Program-made: the position numbers and the translations under genes
Assembly (NCBI GenBank): GCA_964016885.1
Contig: OZ024742.1
Coordinates: 290,656,001 to 290,720,000 of the forward strand
Direction: 5' to 3'
From: Eledone cirrhosa
Lineage: Eukaryota
Length of the DNA stretch: 64,000 bases
Shown here: piece by piece, positions 23,367-35,068 of the stretch
Position numbering within the stretch: the stretch's first letter is position 1
Layout: every line of letters starts with the position of its first letter
The notes under the pieces: generated by a model
Told to the model about the DNA's origin: nothing
Seen by the model: only the letters and a program-made list of their open reading frames with translations
The model's database searches: none

Positions 23367-24322
23367 GTGAGTAAACAAATTTGTATCAAATATTTAAATT
23401 TACTTATTCTATTTCAAATAATAAACTATTTATGTTGACTGAAACAGTAAAATGCAACCTCTAAATTTTCTTCATATAACACTGTCAATCTTTTTAACCA
23501 TTTTTCTACCAAACCAGCTGAAACTAGCCCTGGTTGTATGATACAAAACTATTGGTTTTTCAAGCAATTATATTTATCTAAAAACCTTCCACCATATTTT
23601 ATGCATAACCCTTAATTAAGAAACACCAGTTTAATAATCCCTTCTTTTTACTCCTTTTGTCCTTATATCTGCTTTGTGTGTATTGTGGAAGGAGATAACA
23701 GTGAATGATATGTTTCTAGGTCATGTGATTAGAAGCTATATCAGACTATTGGTGATGGTCAATGTGACATTCTTGAAGGGATTTCTTCATAGAATCCTTG
23801 TATCTTTCTTAATGTAATTACATTAATGACACCAGTCTTCCAATACTCTATATATGAGTCTAATAATACTAACATAATTATTACCTCCTCTTACTCCTTC
23901 TCATTATCATCATCATTTAGCATCTATTTTCCCTGCTTAGGTTGGACGGGTTGTCACAGACTAAGTATGTACTTAATTGATGCCATTAACCTTTCAGACA
24001 AGCTGGGAAACTAAATCTTGCTTACATACATTCCCGCATTGGGTGTCTTATTTTGGGACAGCAATAAAGAGGTTGCATGTCTTTGACATGACTAATAAAT
24101 CCTCTTGACCCTTTGTTTAGTAATTTCTTTTTTTCAGCTTGATACCCTTTCTTTCACCAACCCGTTCACAGAATATACCGTATGCATTTTATCAAGCCAC
24201 TAATACTACAGAGATTGATCTGTCATTGACACAACTGACGAGTCCTTTTGACACATAACAACAATATGTAATTATTTTCAGTGTCCAAATTTCTTAGCTG
24301 TTACCCTAATTTACTCTTGTAG

Positions 24323-24550
24323 GTTGATGTTATTGTTAACAGCACCAATAAAGAACTCAATCTTAATTCTGGTGGTATCTCCAAATTTATTTTGCAAACT
24401 GCTGGTCCACAGATACAAGAAGAGTGCAATGCAAATTATCCTCAAGGTATTTCTACATCTACAATAGCCGTCACAAAGGGCTATAACCTGAAATGTGAAT
24501 ATGTATTTCATGTTTATTTACCTAGATGGGATAAAGATAAAGCTGATGAA
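24323..24550 (+). CDS. Host exon, macrodomain middle part (repeat B)
   Basis: 228 bp, AG/GTAAGT, nearly identical to 7177-7404 (LPRW vs LPEW). Confidence 0.9.
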
Positions 24551-24638
24551 GTAAGTATCAATTAAATACCATATCATCACCATCATCAACGTCTCCACCA
24601 CCACCATTGACATTATTGCCATCATTATTTTCCATTCA

Positions 24639-24827
24639 TTTGGGCGGTGGATTAGCAGTATCGGTAGAGAGTCGGACGCCATGCTTTCCAGCATAGTTAC
24701 GTCCCTTTACGGTCTGAGTTCAAATCCCGCCGACGTTAACTTCGTCTTTCATCCTATGGGATCGATAAAATAAAGTACCAGTAATGTACTGGGTAATTTA
24801 CTGGTCTTGTGCCAAAAGTAGCAACAG
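24639..24827 (+). mobile_element. tRNA-derived SINE (second family; core CTTTCATCCT.CGGGGTCGATAAAATAAAGTACCAG)
   Basis: B box GAGTTCAAATCCC. 14-bp TSD TTATTTTCCATTCA (24625-24638/24828-24841). Absent at the paralogous sites ~7500 and ~56045. Confidence 0.88.
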
Positions 24828-25639
24828 TTATTTTCCATTCACTTTCTATGTTGACATAGGCTGGTCAGATTGTCAGGGTTTGAGCTTTAAGAATCTCTTC
24901 AACAAACATAACACTAGATGACTGGTTACCAAAGTAAGTTTTCTAGGTTGTCTCCATTGATTTTTTAGAAAACCAGAATTAGTCCTTTAGTTTACATATT
25001 GAGACACCAAACCATCGTATTCATTCTATAATGTATGGGATTTCTAGTAATGAATTTTTTCTTGCCATGTATAATGTTTTTAATGTCTAAAGAAAATTAA
25101 TTGTCGCAGGAATGCTACCACTTAAAATAAAATTTCACCAGGGATAGATTATGAAAATTTAATAAGCAGGGGATTGGAAAAAATCTGAAAAATTAATAAG
25201 TGGTGGGGATTGATTATTTGAGACACCTGAGAATATATGAATTAAATGTATACAAACTACAAGACAGATGAACACGTAATCATAAATTTGCATCACACCA
25301 AACCATAAATTAACAGTTACAATGTACTAAAATGAATAAACTCCTTATTAACAGTATACAAACCTAGAAATGAATAACACGATTTATTCATTTGGTTACA
25401 AAAATGTAAGTTATAAACTTCATGAAAGCAACTGTTACATTGGCCATTAATGTGTAACACACACATGAATGCTCACCATGCATTTACAAGGAGAAATAGC
25501 AGCACACTACACCACACACCATAAAATAAAGCTGGATAGGAGAACATTAATGAGAATACATCTGTATTATAGAGGATTCTAAACAAAAAAAAAAAAACAT
25601 TTAATCATGGAGGAGATCAGTATACATCATCATCATCAT

Positions 25640-26745
25640 CTATTCACATCACATGTCTATACAAGCTCAGTCTTCTCTTCTGACTATAAATGTTTCCTCT
25701 TATACTTAGTTTCTATCTCAGTTCATACATGCTTAGTTTCTCATGCATATTAATATAGCACGTCCATGAAAGCATGATTACTTCATTTCTCTCCAGCCTT
25801 CACATACCCTCTGCAGTAACTGCTCATGTTTCACTACCAGGCAAGATTTTCAGATAGCATACAGGCATCATACACCTGACCTTTCATTCCTAGAGAGAAA
25901 CAACTTCTTGTCAACAGGGGTAGTAACTCTCTAAACTTCTTCCATCCTGTTCTTATTCTAGTTACTATGCTCCTTGAACACCCACCTCCTCTGCTAATTT
26001 TGTCACCTAGATAGCAGTAGCTATTAACCACCTCTACATATCCTACATAAAATTGAAAAAGGTGTATATCTTTGACACTCTTACTATCAATTTTCCCTGA
26101 ACATCTATTACATACAAAGTCTTTTTTCTTGTTAGTCTGCCTGTTACCCTGCTACACTTTTTATGTACCAAAGATTTACATTGTGTTCATAGTATAGAAT
26201 TTCTACCTACTCATTTTCTACATATCAAGCATGGCTATTTTCCCTGTGGGATCAGAGCCTTGTCTTATTTTCTACTTATTAACACTTTGGTTCTTGCTAC
26301 GTTTACCCACAGCTCTTTTGTTTCTAAGTTCTGTTTCCACAGACTAAAATTGTCCTCTAGTTCTTTTGTGGATTCAGCTATAAGAACCAGATCATTGGTA
26401 TACAGAAATTCCCATGGGCAATCCATTTTAAACTCCTTTGTTATGGCCTGAAGGACAGAAGTTGGCTGAGATCTGAGTTCTGATGTACTCCTACCTGTAC
26501 TTTAAATTCCTTGCTAAACTTACTTCCTACTCGCACTTTACTAACAGCTCCTCTGTACATCACTTGCAATGCTCTCACAAGCCATTCTTCTACACCTAGT
26601 TTCCTTAAGCGCCACCAGATGATAAATTGTGGTATTCTGCCAAAAGCTTTCTTCAGCTCAACAAAAGCTAGATGTAGAGGCTTACTCTTAGCTAAGAACT
26701 TCTCTTGTAGTTGTCTCATCTGTAGTACTCCTCCCTGGCACACAA
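25640..26745 (-). mobile_element. Degenerate RTE RT fragment (paralog 57480-58800)
   Basis: RQLQEKFLAKSKPLHLAFV..KAF and YLGDKISRGGGCS remnants. Confidence 0.85.
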
Positions 26746-26747
26746 CA

Positions 26748-28133
26748 TTGTTGGTTACTGCCTTGTTGGGACTTGCTGTACTGTTGGTTACTGCCTTGTT
26801 GGGACTTGCTGTACTGTTGGTTACTGCCTTGTTGGGACTTGCTGTACTGTTGGTTACTGCCTTGTTGGAACTTGCTGTACTGTTGGTTACTGCCTTGTTG
26901 GGACTTGCTGTATTGTTGGTTACTGCCTTGTTGGAACTTGCTGTACTGTTGGTTACTGCCTTGTTGGGACTTGCTGTATTGTTGGTTACTGCCTTGTTGG
27001 AACTTGTTGTACTGTTGGTTGCCTTGTTGGGACTTGCTGTACTGTTGGTTACTGCCTTGTTGGAACTTGCTGTACTGTTGGTTACTGCCTTGTTGGGACT
27101 TGCTGTATTGTTGGTTACTGCCTTGTTGGGACTTGCTGTACTGTTGGTTACTGCCTTGTTGGTTACTGCCTTGTTGGGACTTGCTGTACTGTTGGTTACT
27201 GCCTTGTTGGGACTTGCTGTACTGTTGGTTACTGCCTTGTTGGGACTTGCTGTACTGTTGGTTACTGCCTTGTTGGGACTTGCTGTATTGTTGGTTACTG
27301 CCTTGTTGGAACTTGCTGTACTGTTGGTTACTGCCTTGTTGGGACTTGCTGTATTGTTGGTTACTGCCTTGTTGGAACTTGCTGTACTGTTGGTTACTGC
27401 CTTGTTGGGACTTGCTGTACTGTTGGTTACTGCCTTGTTGGGACTTGCTGTACTGTTGGTTACTGCCTTGTTGGGACTTGTTGTACTGTTGGTTACTGCC
27501 TTGTTGGAACTTGCTGTACTGTTGGTTACTGCCTTGTTGGAACTTGCTGTACTGTTGGTTACTGCCTTGTTGGGACTTGCTGTACTGTTGGTTACTGCCT
27601 TGTTGGAACTTGCTGTACTGTTGGTTACTGCCTTGTTGGGACTTGCTGTATTGTTGGTTACTGCCTTGTTGGGACTTGCTGTACTGTTGGTTACTGCCTT
27701 GTTGGAACTTGCTGTACTGTTGGTTATTGCCTTGTTGGGACTTGCTGTACTGTTGGTTACTGCCTTGTTGGAACTTGCTGTACTGTTGGTTACTGCCTTG
27801 TTGGGACTTGCTGTATTGTTGGTTACTGCCTTGTTGGGACTTGCTGTACTGTTGGTTACTGCCTTGTTGGGACTTGCTGTACTGTTGGTTACTGCCTTGT
27901 TGGGACTTGCTGTACTGTTGGTTACTGCCTTGTTGGGACTTGCTGTACTGTTGGTTACTGCCTTGTTGGGACTTGCTGTACTGTTGGTTACTGCCTTATT
28001 GGAACTTGCTGTACTGTTGGTTCCTGCCTTGTTGGGACTTGCTGTACTGTTGGTTACTGCCTTGTTGGGACTTGCTGTACTGTTGGTTACTGCCTTGTTG
28101 GTTACTGCCTTGTTGGTTACTACCTTGTTGGGA
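26748..28133. repeat. 30-bp minisatellite, ~46 units, TTGTTGG(G/A)ACTTGCTGTA(C/T)TGTTGGTTACTGCC
   Basis: Directly visible; stop-free in several frames, which explains the spurious ORFs. Confidence 0.97.
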
Positions 28134-28896
28134 GTAACTTCCAAAAAACATGTCATAGTAAGATGTTAATTGCCAATTAACTCTAAAGGCCTTGTACTGC
28201 ATGAAACTACGTTGGACAATTTTGAAATGTACAAAACAGCACTACGAGTGCAGAAGATAAAAAAAAGTATTTTACTACAATACTGCGAATGTTCATAATT
28301 ATCATCATTATCATCATTGTTTAACGTCCATCTTCTATACTAGCATGGGTAGGACGGGCTGTCCCTTTGTGAGAGATCAGGTTGGAGGACTGTGATTTGC
28401 TGACACAGAACTGATTTTGACTTCATTTCTACGGTTGGATACCCTTCCTAATGCCAACCACATTTACAGTGTGTGCTGGGTGCTTGTTGTTGTGACATCT
28501 ATACGACCTCTTTATAGTGAGGACTGAGTGCTTTTGTCGTGACACCTACATGACCACTATATAGCTCTTTCACAATGTATCCAGCAATAAAGATACTATA
28601 AGTATGTGAATTAACAAACTTGTTTTTAGATATTTTCTGCTAAATCATTACAGGATGGCAAGAGTTAACATAACATCCTGTACCACATGAAAGCACATTA
28701 GCAAGACACTCTTGAAAAGCACAAATCTGTGCTATGACCACATCACATTAAAAATTAAAATCTTCACTCTTTGTCACAGCAATCTGTTCACTAGTAAAGA
28801 TACTATAAACAATTGAATTAACAAATTTATTTTTAGATATTTTCTGCTAAATAATTTCAGGATGTTAAAAGTTAATGAACCATAATTTGTTTTTAG

Positions 28897-29124
28897 ATTT
28901 TGATGAGCTTAAACAATATAATACTCACTTGTCTACAAACTGCTGAGGAAAGGGGAGCCAAAAGCATTGCATTCCCTATATTAGGGGCAGGAATCTTGAA
29001 ATACCCTCTTGGTGAACTACCTTCAACCATGTATGATGCCGTGAAAACATACTCACATAGTAATACAAGGCAGATTGATGTTGTCAACTTTGTTATTTTA
29101 CCTACAGATTCAAACTTAATAGAG
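28897..29124 (+). CDS. Host exon, macrodomain C-terminal part (repeat B): ILMSLNNIILTCLQTAEERGAKSIAFPILGAGILKYP...ILPTDSNLIE
   Basis: TTTTAG acceptor, GTTGGT donor, 228 bp, phase 0-0. Confidence 0.9.
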
Positions 29125-29749
29125 GTTGGTTGATTTATTTTGTTTTTATTGTATTTTTGATTCTCTTGATATTCTTAATTCTTTTTCTTGTTATATGTTG
29201 TAACCATAGTTACTATTATTAGATTGCAGTCATGGTTATAGAAATTAGACTATGCCCATGGTTACAGTTATTAAATTGTAGCCATGGTTAGTTATTAAAC
29301 TAATTATGTTTACAGTTTTTGAATTGGCCATTGTTACAATCATTAGACTGCTGCCATGCTTGGGCACCACCTTAAACAGATTTAGTACTTATCTATGTTG
29401 CTCAAGGGTTGGATGAATCAGTACAGTCTAAAACTAGACCACATTTTGACTAATAAATTCCATGGCTAGATACACTTCTTAATGTCACCCACCTTATAGA
29501 GTGTATTGGATGCATTTTATTATGGCACCATCATTTTATATATTTACATATATTTCTTGGTAGAGCTATTCTGATAGAGAATGGCTCACACGTGGCAGAT
29601 AGTGATATGACCACTAGATATGATGGTTAGTTGAGGCATAAGCGGGTTTCTGTTGAATGAATAAGCAACACCGGATCAAACAGTATTAAGCTATTAGGGA
29701 GATGGAATAAAGGGTGACACTGTTAGCTTTCAAATAAACTCTTACAAGT

Positions 29750-31184
29750 TAGCAATGTACATATGATGAAGCAAGTAAAGTGTGCCTCTAAACAAGTCTA
29801 GTCTTTGTGGGTCTGAGAAAATTACCAAATTGGTGACAGGTGCAAATAATATCACCAAAAAGTGCACCACGCCAAGCTTCTTTCACCCACAGCATTTAAA
29901 AGCTGAAGCAGAAACTGCTCAGCTGAACAAGTTCTACATTGTTTCAATGTCCTCAGTTTTCTCAGGGAGTTCTCTGAATTTGGATACAATAGTGTCTGCA
30001 TACCTGGTCCTGACTTTCTTATCCACCAACGCTTCCCACTTTATCTTGTTGGTCACTCTGGACCTGCCAGTTTTGTGGGCTTATTTGGCTTTAGGTAGTC
30101 TCAAGCTGTAGATAAATAGATGAAGACCAGTTGACAGCTCAGCCCCTCTCTTAACACAAATTTCCAGTACTGAATCGAAGAGATCAGAGACAATAACAAA
30201 ATCACTTATTGATCTCTGTCCCTGATTCCCCTTATACCATGTATATTTATGGATGTTTCTGTGCTGGAAGAAGGTGTTTATAATAGAGAGTCCATTGCTA
30301 AAACAGAAGTCTAATAAGGCCTCTCCATTCATATATAGGTAGGGATTACCGATCCTTCCAATCATTCCTTTCCATGTCGGGTGGTCTGTGCTAACATGTG
30401 CATTGAAGTCTCCCATTAGGATATATGACTCAGTCTTAACTAGATCTTACGCTGCAGTGACTTCATCAAGGAAGGATCTGTATTTGGACTCTTTGTTCAG
30501 TGCATAAACTTGCACCACCCACAAAAACCTATCTTTCAGCCTAAGTTTCAAGAGTCAAATCCTCTCACCTAATGATGTCCAGTCTATAACACATTCTGAC
30601 AGTCGGGGGGCTGTGAGTATCCCCACTGCTGCCTGTGCAGTCATTTCTAGTGTCATACCTGAATAGTGGAGTTTCCATTTTCTATCCAAATCTTCAGTAC
30701 CAGATCCACGGAACTTGTTGAGGAAACCCAAACTATATATAGCTGGAAGCATCTAAACCCCTCCACTAGTTCCTGCTCCTTACCTGTAAGGATTGTGATG
30801 CTCCAGGTTCCAATTGTCAAGGTTTGTTCCCTTCCAAACCATCTTTGATGTCTCGAGATATGCAATCGTTATGCGTAAATCCCATGCCTCCCAGGACAGG
30901 CCGTAAGCTCATTACCAGTTTTTACAGCAAGAAATAGAGACTGCAATATATTTTTTGAACAGGTCCCTCTACTTAAGGCCCGAATGTGTCCCTTATTAAT
31001 TCATGTGAAGGATAATATTGCAGTTTTGGTGGTTTTATTCCTGCCAGTCACCAATCTGGTACTTTCTCAGACCCATGAAGACTAGGCTTTTTTAGAGGTG
31101 GCATTTTCATAGCTACATCACTGGGTTGTGAAAGATTTCTTGGGAACTAAAGGTATCACCCGCTACTTCATCTCCCTTAGTAAT
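29750..31184 (-). mobile_element. Degenerate RTE-type LINE 5' part (APE endonuclease), interrupted by LTR element 2; uninterrupted paralog ~61420-62960
   Basis: MGDFNAHV and NTFFQHRNIHKYTW (ORF 30081..30416); LTIGTW. Confidence 0.8.
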
Positions 31185-31479
31185 TGTAGTTAGAAAAATC
31201 TATCTCACTTACCGCTTTTCACAGGCGCTGCTAAATTCCACTGCAGGTACTCATCTTCCACGTGCGACCGACTGCTTAACACCGGGAGCTGCCCAAAACT
31301 CGCGTCCACACCGTATGCTGGTCACCACTAGAGAGAAGCCCTCTCCTGGCCCTTCCGGTCGAGCATCCTTCCGGCCAAAACACCCTTCCGGTCGAGCACT
31401 CCCCCGCCTCCGGCCACCGCACGCCACACCATACCCACACGCCCCACTGATCTCAAGGATCAATTTCCCCCTCGTCCCT

Positions 31480-34400
31480 CTACATATGAAAGTCTGCCGT
31501 CCAGGTCGGTGGTCTACGACTTCGTTGCGATCTTCGTAGTATTGGGGCAGAGCTCTGGGTTTCCACCTCATCTTGGGTTTCCTCTTCCTCGGAGTCCGTC
31601 GACACAGTGATTCTTCTTACATCCATGACATGACCTGGTACCCCGTCCATGGACACATTGTTCTTTGAATTTACGGCCGTCACCGTTCCCCTTCCCCATT
31701 GAGATGTGCAACGTGGACCTGGGGGCTTAACCCAGACTTCTTTGCCCACCTGCACGAATGCACTCTCTCTCCCCACAGGCCGTTGTGGTGGCGTGCACGG
31801 GTGCCGCCACTCATATTTGAATACTGCTCTATGTGGCACCGATTCCTCGACCTGTCCAACCCGAGGGGACATATTGTACCAGAACACTGCCTCCATTGGT
31901 GAGATATGGCCCCGCTCCGCCATTGCCTTAATCGTCCGGTGGTGTCACTCCACGATTCCATTCCCGCTCGGCCTGTGCGCCGCTCTGAAGAAACGGTCCA
32001 CCTTCCATCCATCGAGCATCTCCCTCAGTGCCTCTGAGCGGAACGCTGTGCTGTTGTCAATCAGCAGTTCATCCACAGGGCCCCGCTCCAAGAACACCTC
32101 TCTCAATGCCCGAACGATTTCCTCGGCCGTTCCAGTCTTCATCTCCCTCCATATCGCCATTCGACCCGGTCCACAGTCGACCATCGAGAGGTACGTTCCC
32201 TGCCGGTAGTGCGTCACATCCACCGCTAATCGCTTCCAGTCGCGATCCACCGGGAGGCTTCCCGTTTCGTGTACACCCGGGGCGGGATCAATGGACTGAC
32301 ATCGGACGCAGCCTCTAACCACCCCCCGAACACTGTGTCTGCTAACGTCCGAGTCGATTCTCCTGGCTAGGAACAGGCTCCTATCCACCCCCATGTGGTG
32401 CATGTCATGCAACCCCTTCAGGTCTAACTCGGTCAGCCGACACACGGCAGCTATCTCATCCTCTACCTCCTCCGGCGCTTCCATCCAGGCTTTCTTCAGT
32501 CTAGTTAAGGTGTCCGCCCTATTTTTCTCTGAAGGCACGAACACTACGCTCAGCTTCAGGTCGAACTCGGTGGCCAGCTCTCCTAACGTTCCCAGGTGGC
32601 GCTTTATCAGCATCTCCGCCGTGCCTCTCGTTCGCATTCTCTTCTCACTGGTGAGCACTGATCTTACCCATCCGAGTACGGTAGCCGAGTCGGTGCGTAT
32701 CTCGATGGTGCACAGCCCCCACCGCAGGGCGAGGTTCACCCCTCTCAACACCGCGTCCAGCTCGGCCACATTGATGTGGCTGCAGTCCTTCTTTCTAAGC
32801 CAGGCTGCTTCCTCGACCTCAACACCTCCTATCTCCAACGTGACACCCAGCGCTATGCTGCTGGCATCGCACCATACGGTCCCGCTCCGTGATTTGGGAA
32901 CGTACCAGCGTCCCCGCACTGGGTCGTCGGCCTTCACCCTCCCCACGATCTCCTGCATCATGGCCACCGTTCTCTCTCCCACTCTGTCACTCCAATTCAC
33001 CCCTCCTGCTCGTCTCTTGACATAGCTGCATGCTGTCCGAAGCCACCCAGCGATCGGGTAGTGACCCACCAGCTTTCCACACACCGAGAAAAGCTCCCGC
33101 CTATTCATACTTGGGCCCAGTTCCGGAACTTCGTTTCCCCTCTGGAACACCGAAACGCCCGTCTTATCTCGCCGTAGCCTAAGTCCCAGCGCGGCTCCTC
33201 CCTCCAATGCTTCTGATGGCTTCGCAGTCAGTCCATACCTCCGCAAATGGCTCGTGACCTCTGCCGTCGACACCACCGACTCGTCCACTAGGATGTCGTC
33301 AATGTAGGAGTTAGTAGCCCTCTTTATCTTGTCGGCCCTCCCCAGAGCGGTCTTGAGGACCGCCGCCATGATCTTCGGTGCGGAGCTCAGCCCGAAACCA
33401 AGCCTGGTCAGGCAATATGTCCGGCCCTTATACCTAACCAGCTGATACCGCCAGAGCTTCTCATCTATATGCAACTGCAAGTAAGCCGACTTTAGATCCA
33501 CGATTGCTGAACCCCCGTCATGCGTCTCCACTCACGCAGGGTTTCCCCACAGACATCCGTGACCTCGCCACCCGTGTGGCATGACACGTGCTCGTTCAGC
33601 TCTCGATAGTCCAGCACCGGCCTCACCTTGCTCTTCGTGGGTTGCACCACCGTGATCAACGGCAATACTCCGCACTTCACCTCCTCCTTCCAGGGAAGCA
33701 GTATGCCCTCTTCGATCCATCTATCTACTTTTCGCTCGAACTCGCTCCTAGCGTTTCCCTTCAATGTGTGTTGATAGCAGCCCACTTTGGTCTTCAGTGT
33801 TGGTGGTTCTCCCTTCCAGTACCACTCAACAACCCATCGCTGCCCATCAAACACGGCCTTGAAGTCCTTGTCCTGTACAGTGTAAGCGGGGTATTCCTCC
33901 TCGTGGGCCTTCTGGTTCTCATGACGTGCACTTACAGCCCATACCGATGCAGCGGCGCCAAACGACACACCGACATTGTTCACCGTGACGCCCCCTAGAC
34001 GGCCAATCGCGTCCATGCCCATAACCACGCCGATCCCATCCACCACACTGTCTACCACGATGGCGGAAAGCCTTATCGTCCTTCCCCGTACCGCTATTTC
34101 CATCTCGCTGCGACCTCTGCATTCAATTTTCCTGCCGTCGACTGCCCTTACGCTGTTCTTCCCTCCCCACCTCTGCGCCACCCCCGCGGTCACCAGTGTC
34201 GTCGTACAGCCCGTATCCACGAGAGCTCGCTGTGGTTTCCCCCTCACGAAGACTTCCACCACGGGCAGCACCGATACTCGTAATAGGGCAACTACCGGCG
34301 CAGTAGTTCCCCTTGGATCGTTTCCCTGGTCACAGTTAGTAGCGATGTGGCCTGGTCGCTTACACCGATAGCAAATTATCTCCGGCTTCGACTCTCTACA

Positions 34401-35015
34401 GTCTCTAGTCATGTGCGGGCCGTGACACCTAAAACAGCGTCCCCTAAATTCTTGCGGACTGCCGCGTGCCGAGGTTGCCTCCATTTGACCATTTTGCTGC
34501 CAGGTGTCCTGAGCCTCCGTAGTCGCTATCGCCGCGACACTCTTTTTGGCATCTTCCGCTATGATCCGGGCTTGTTCCACCAGTGAACGCATTTCCATCT
34601 CCTTGTACCCCAGGACTTGCTGCAGTTTCACCGCTATGTCGTCCGGAAATCCATTGATGAATGCCAACCGCGCCGTGCGTTCGCATTCCGCCTGGTAACC
34701 TGCCAACATAGCCAACCGCCTTATTTCCGCTGCGAAAATGTCGACGCGCTCACCATTCCACCTGATTCTCGCCAGCTTAGCAAAAGCCGCCAACGGTCCC
34801 TCGGCGAATGCATCCATCAGTCGCCTCTCAATCTTCTGCACATCTCTTTGGCTGTGCTCGTCCAACTCAAGGAAGAGTACCAACGCGTCGCCCTCGAGGT
34901 ACAATGCAATGAGACCGGCCACGCCTTCTATCTTCTGCAAGCCTGCGACCAGCCGAACCTTCCGCAGCCAAGCGACATCACCTTCCCCGGTGAATGGCCT
35001 GATAGCTTCGTTCAT
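31480..35015 (-). pseudogene. gag-pol polyprotein of LTR element 2; one frameshift near 33515 and one premature stop near 31945
   Basis: Two CCHC knuckles, LVDTG protease, DLKSAYLQ/FGLSSAP/YIDD RT, CDAS/AEL/TDS/ADTL RNase H, HHCC plus DDE integrase. Confidence 0.92.
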
Positions 35016-35056
35016 CTGTTTTCTTTTTTTTTTTTTTTTTTTTTTTTTTATCAGTC

Positions 35057-35068
35057 GCCGAAATAGCT
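35057..35068 (-). promoter_or_regulatory. Putative primer-binding site AGCTATTTCGGC (complement of tRNA-Phe nt 1-12)
   Basis: Abuts the 5' LTR; identical to 4516-4527. Confidence 0.75.

Noticed and set aside
24138-24179. Possible 42-bp phase-0 micro-exon (LDTLSFTNPFTEYT; also ~6992, ~55537) with TTTCAG and GTATGC
   Set aside because: It would interrupt the macrodomain between DSISNVS and VDVIVN, where direct joining gives canonical spacing. Only RNA-seq could rescue it.
26441-28169. Long ORFs (571, 552, 454 aa; also 58497-59868) resembling mucin/antifreeze or Leu/Cys-Trp repeat proteins, one fused to RT
   Set aside because: A stop-free 30-bp minisatellite read in several frames on both strands and running into a decayed RTE. 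It is intronic, with no splice or start support.
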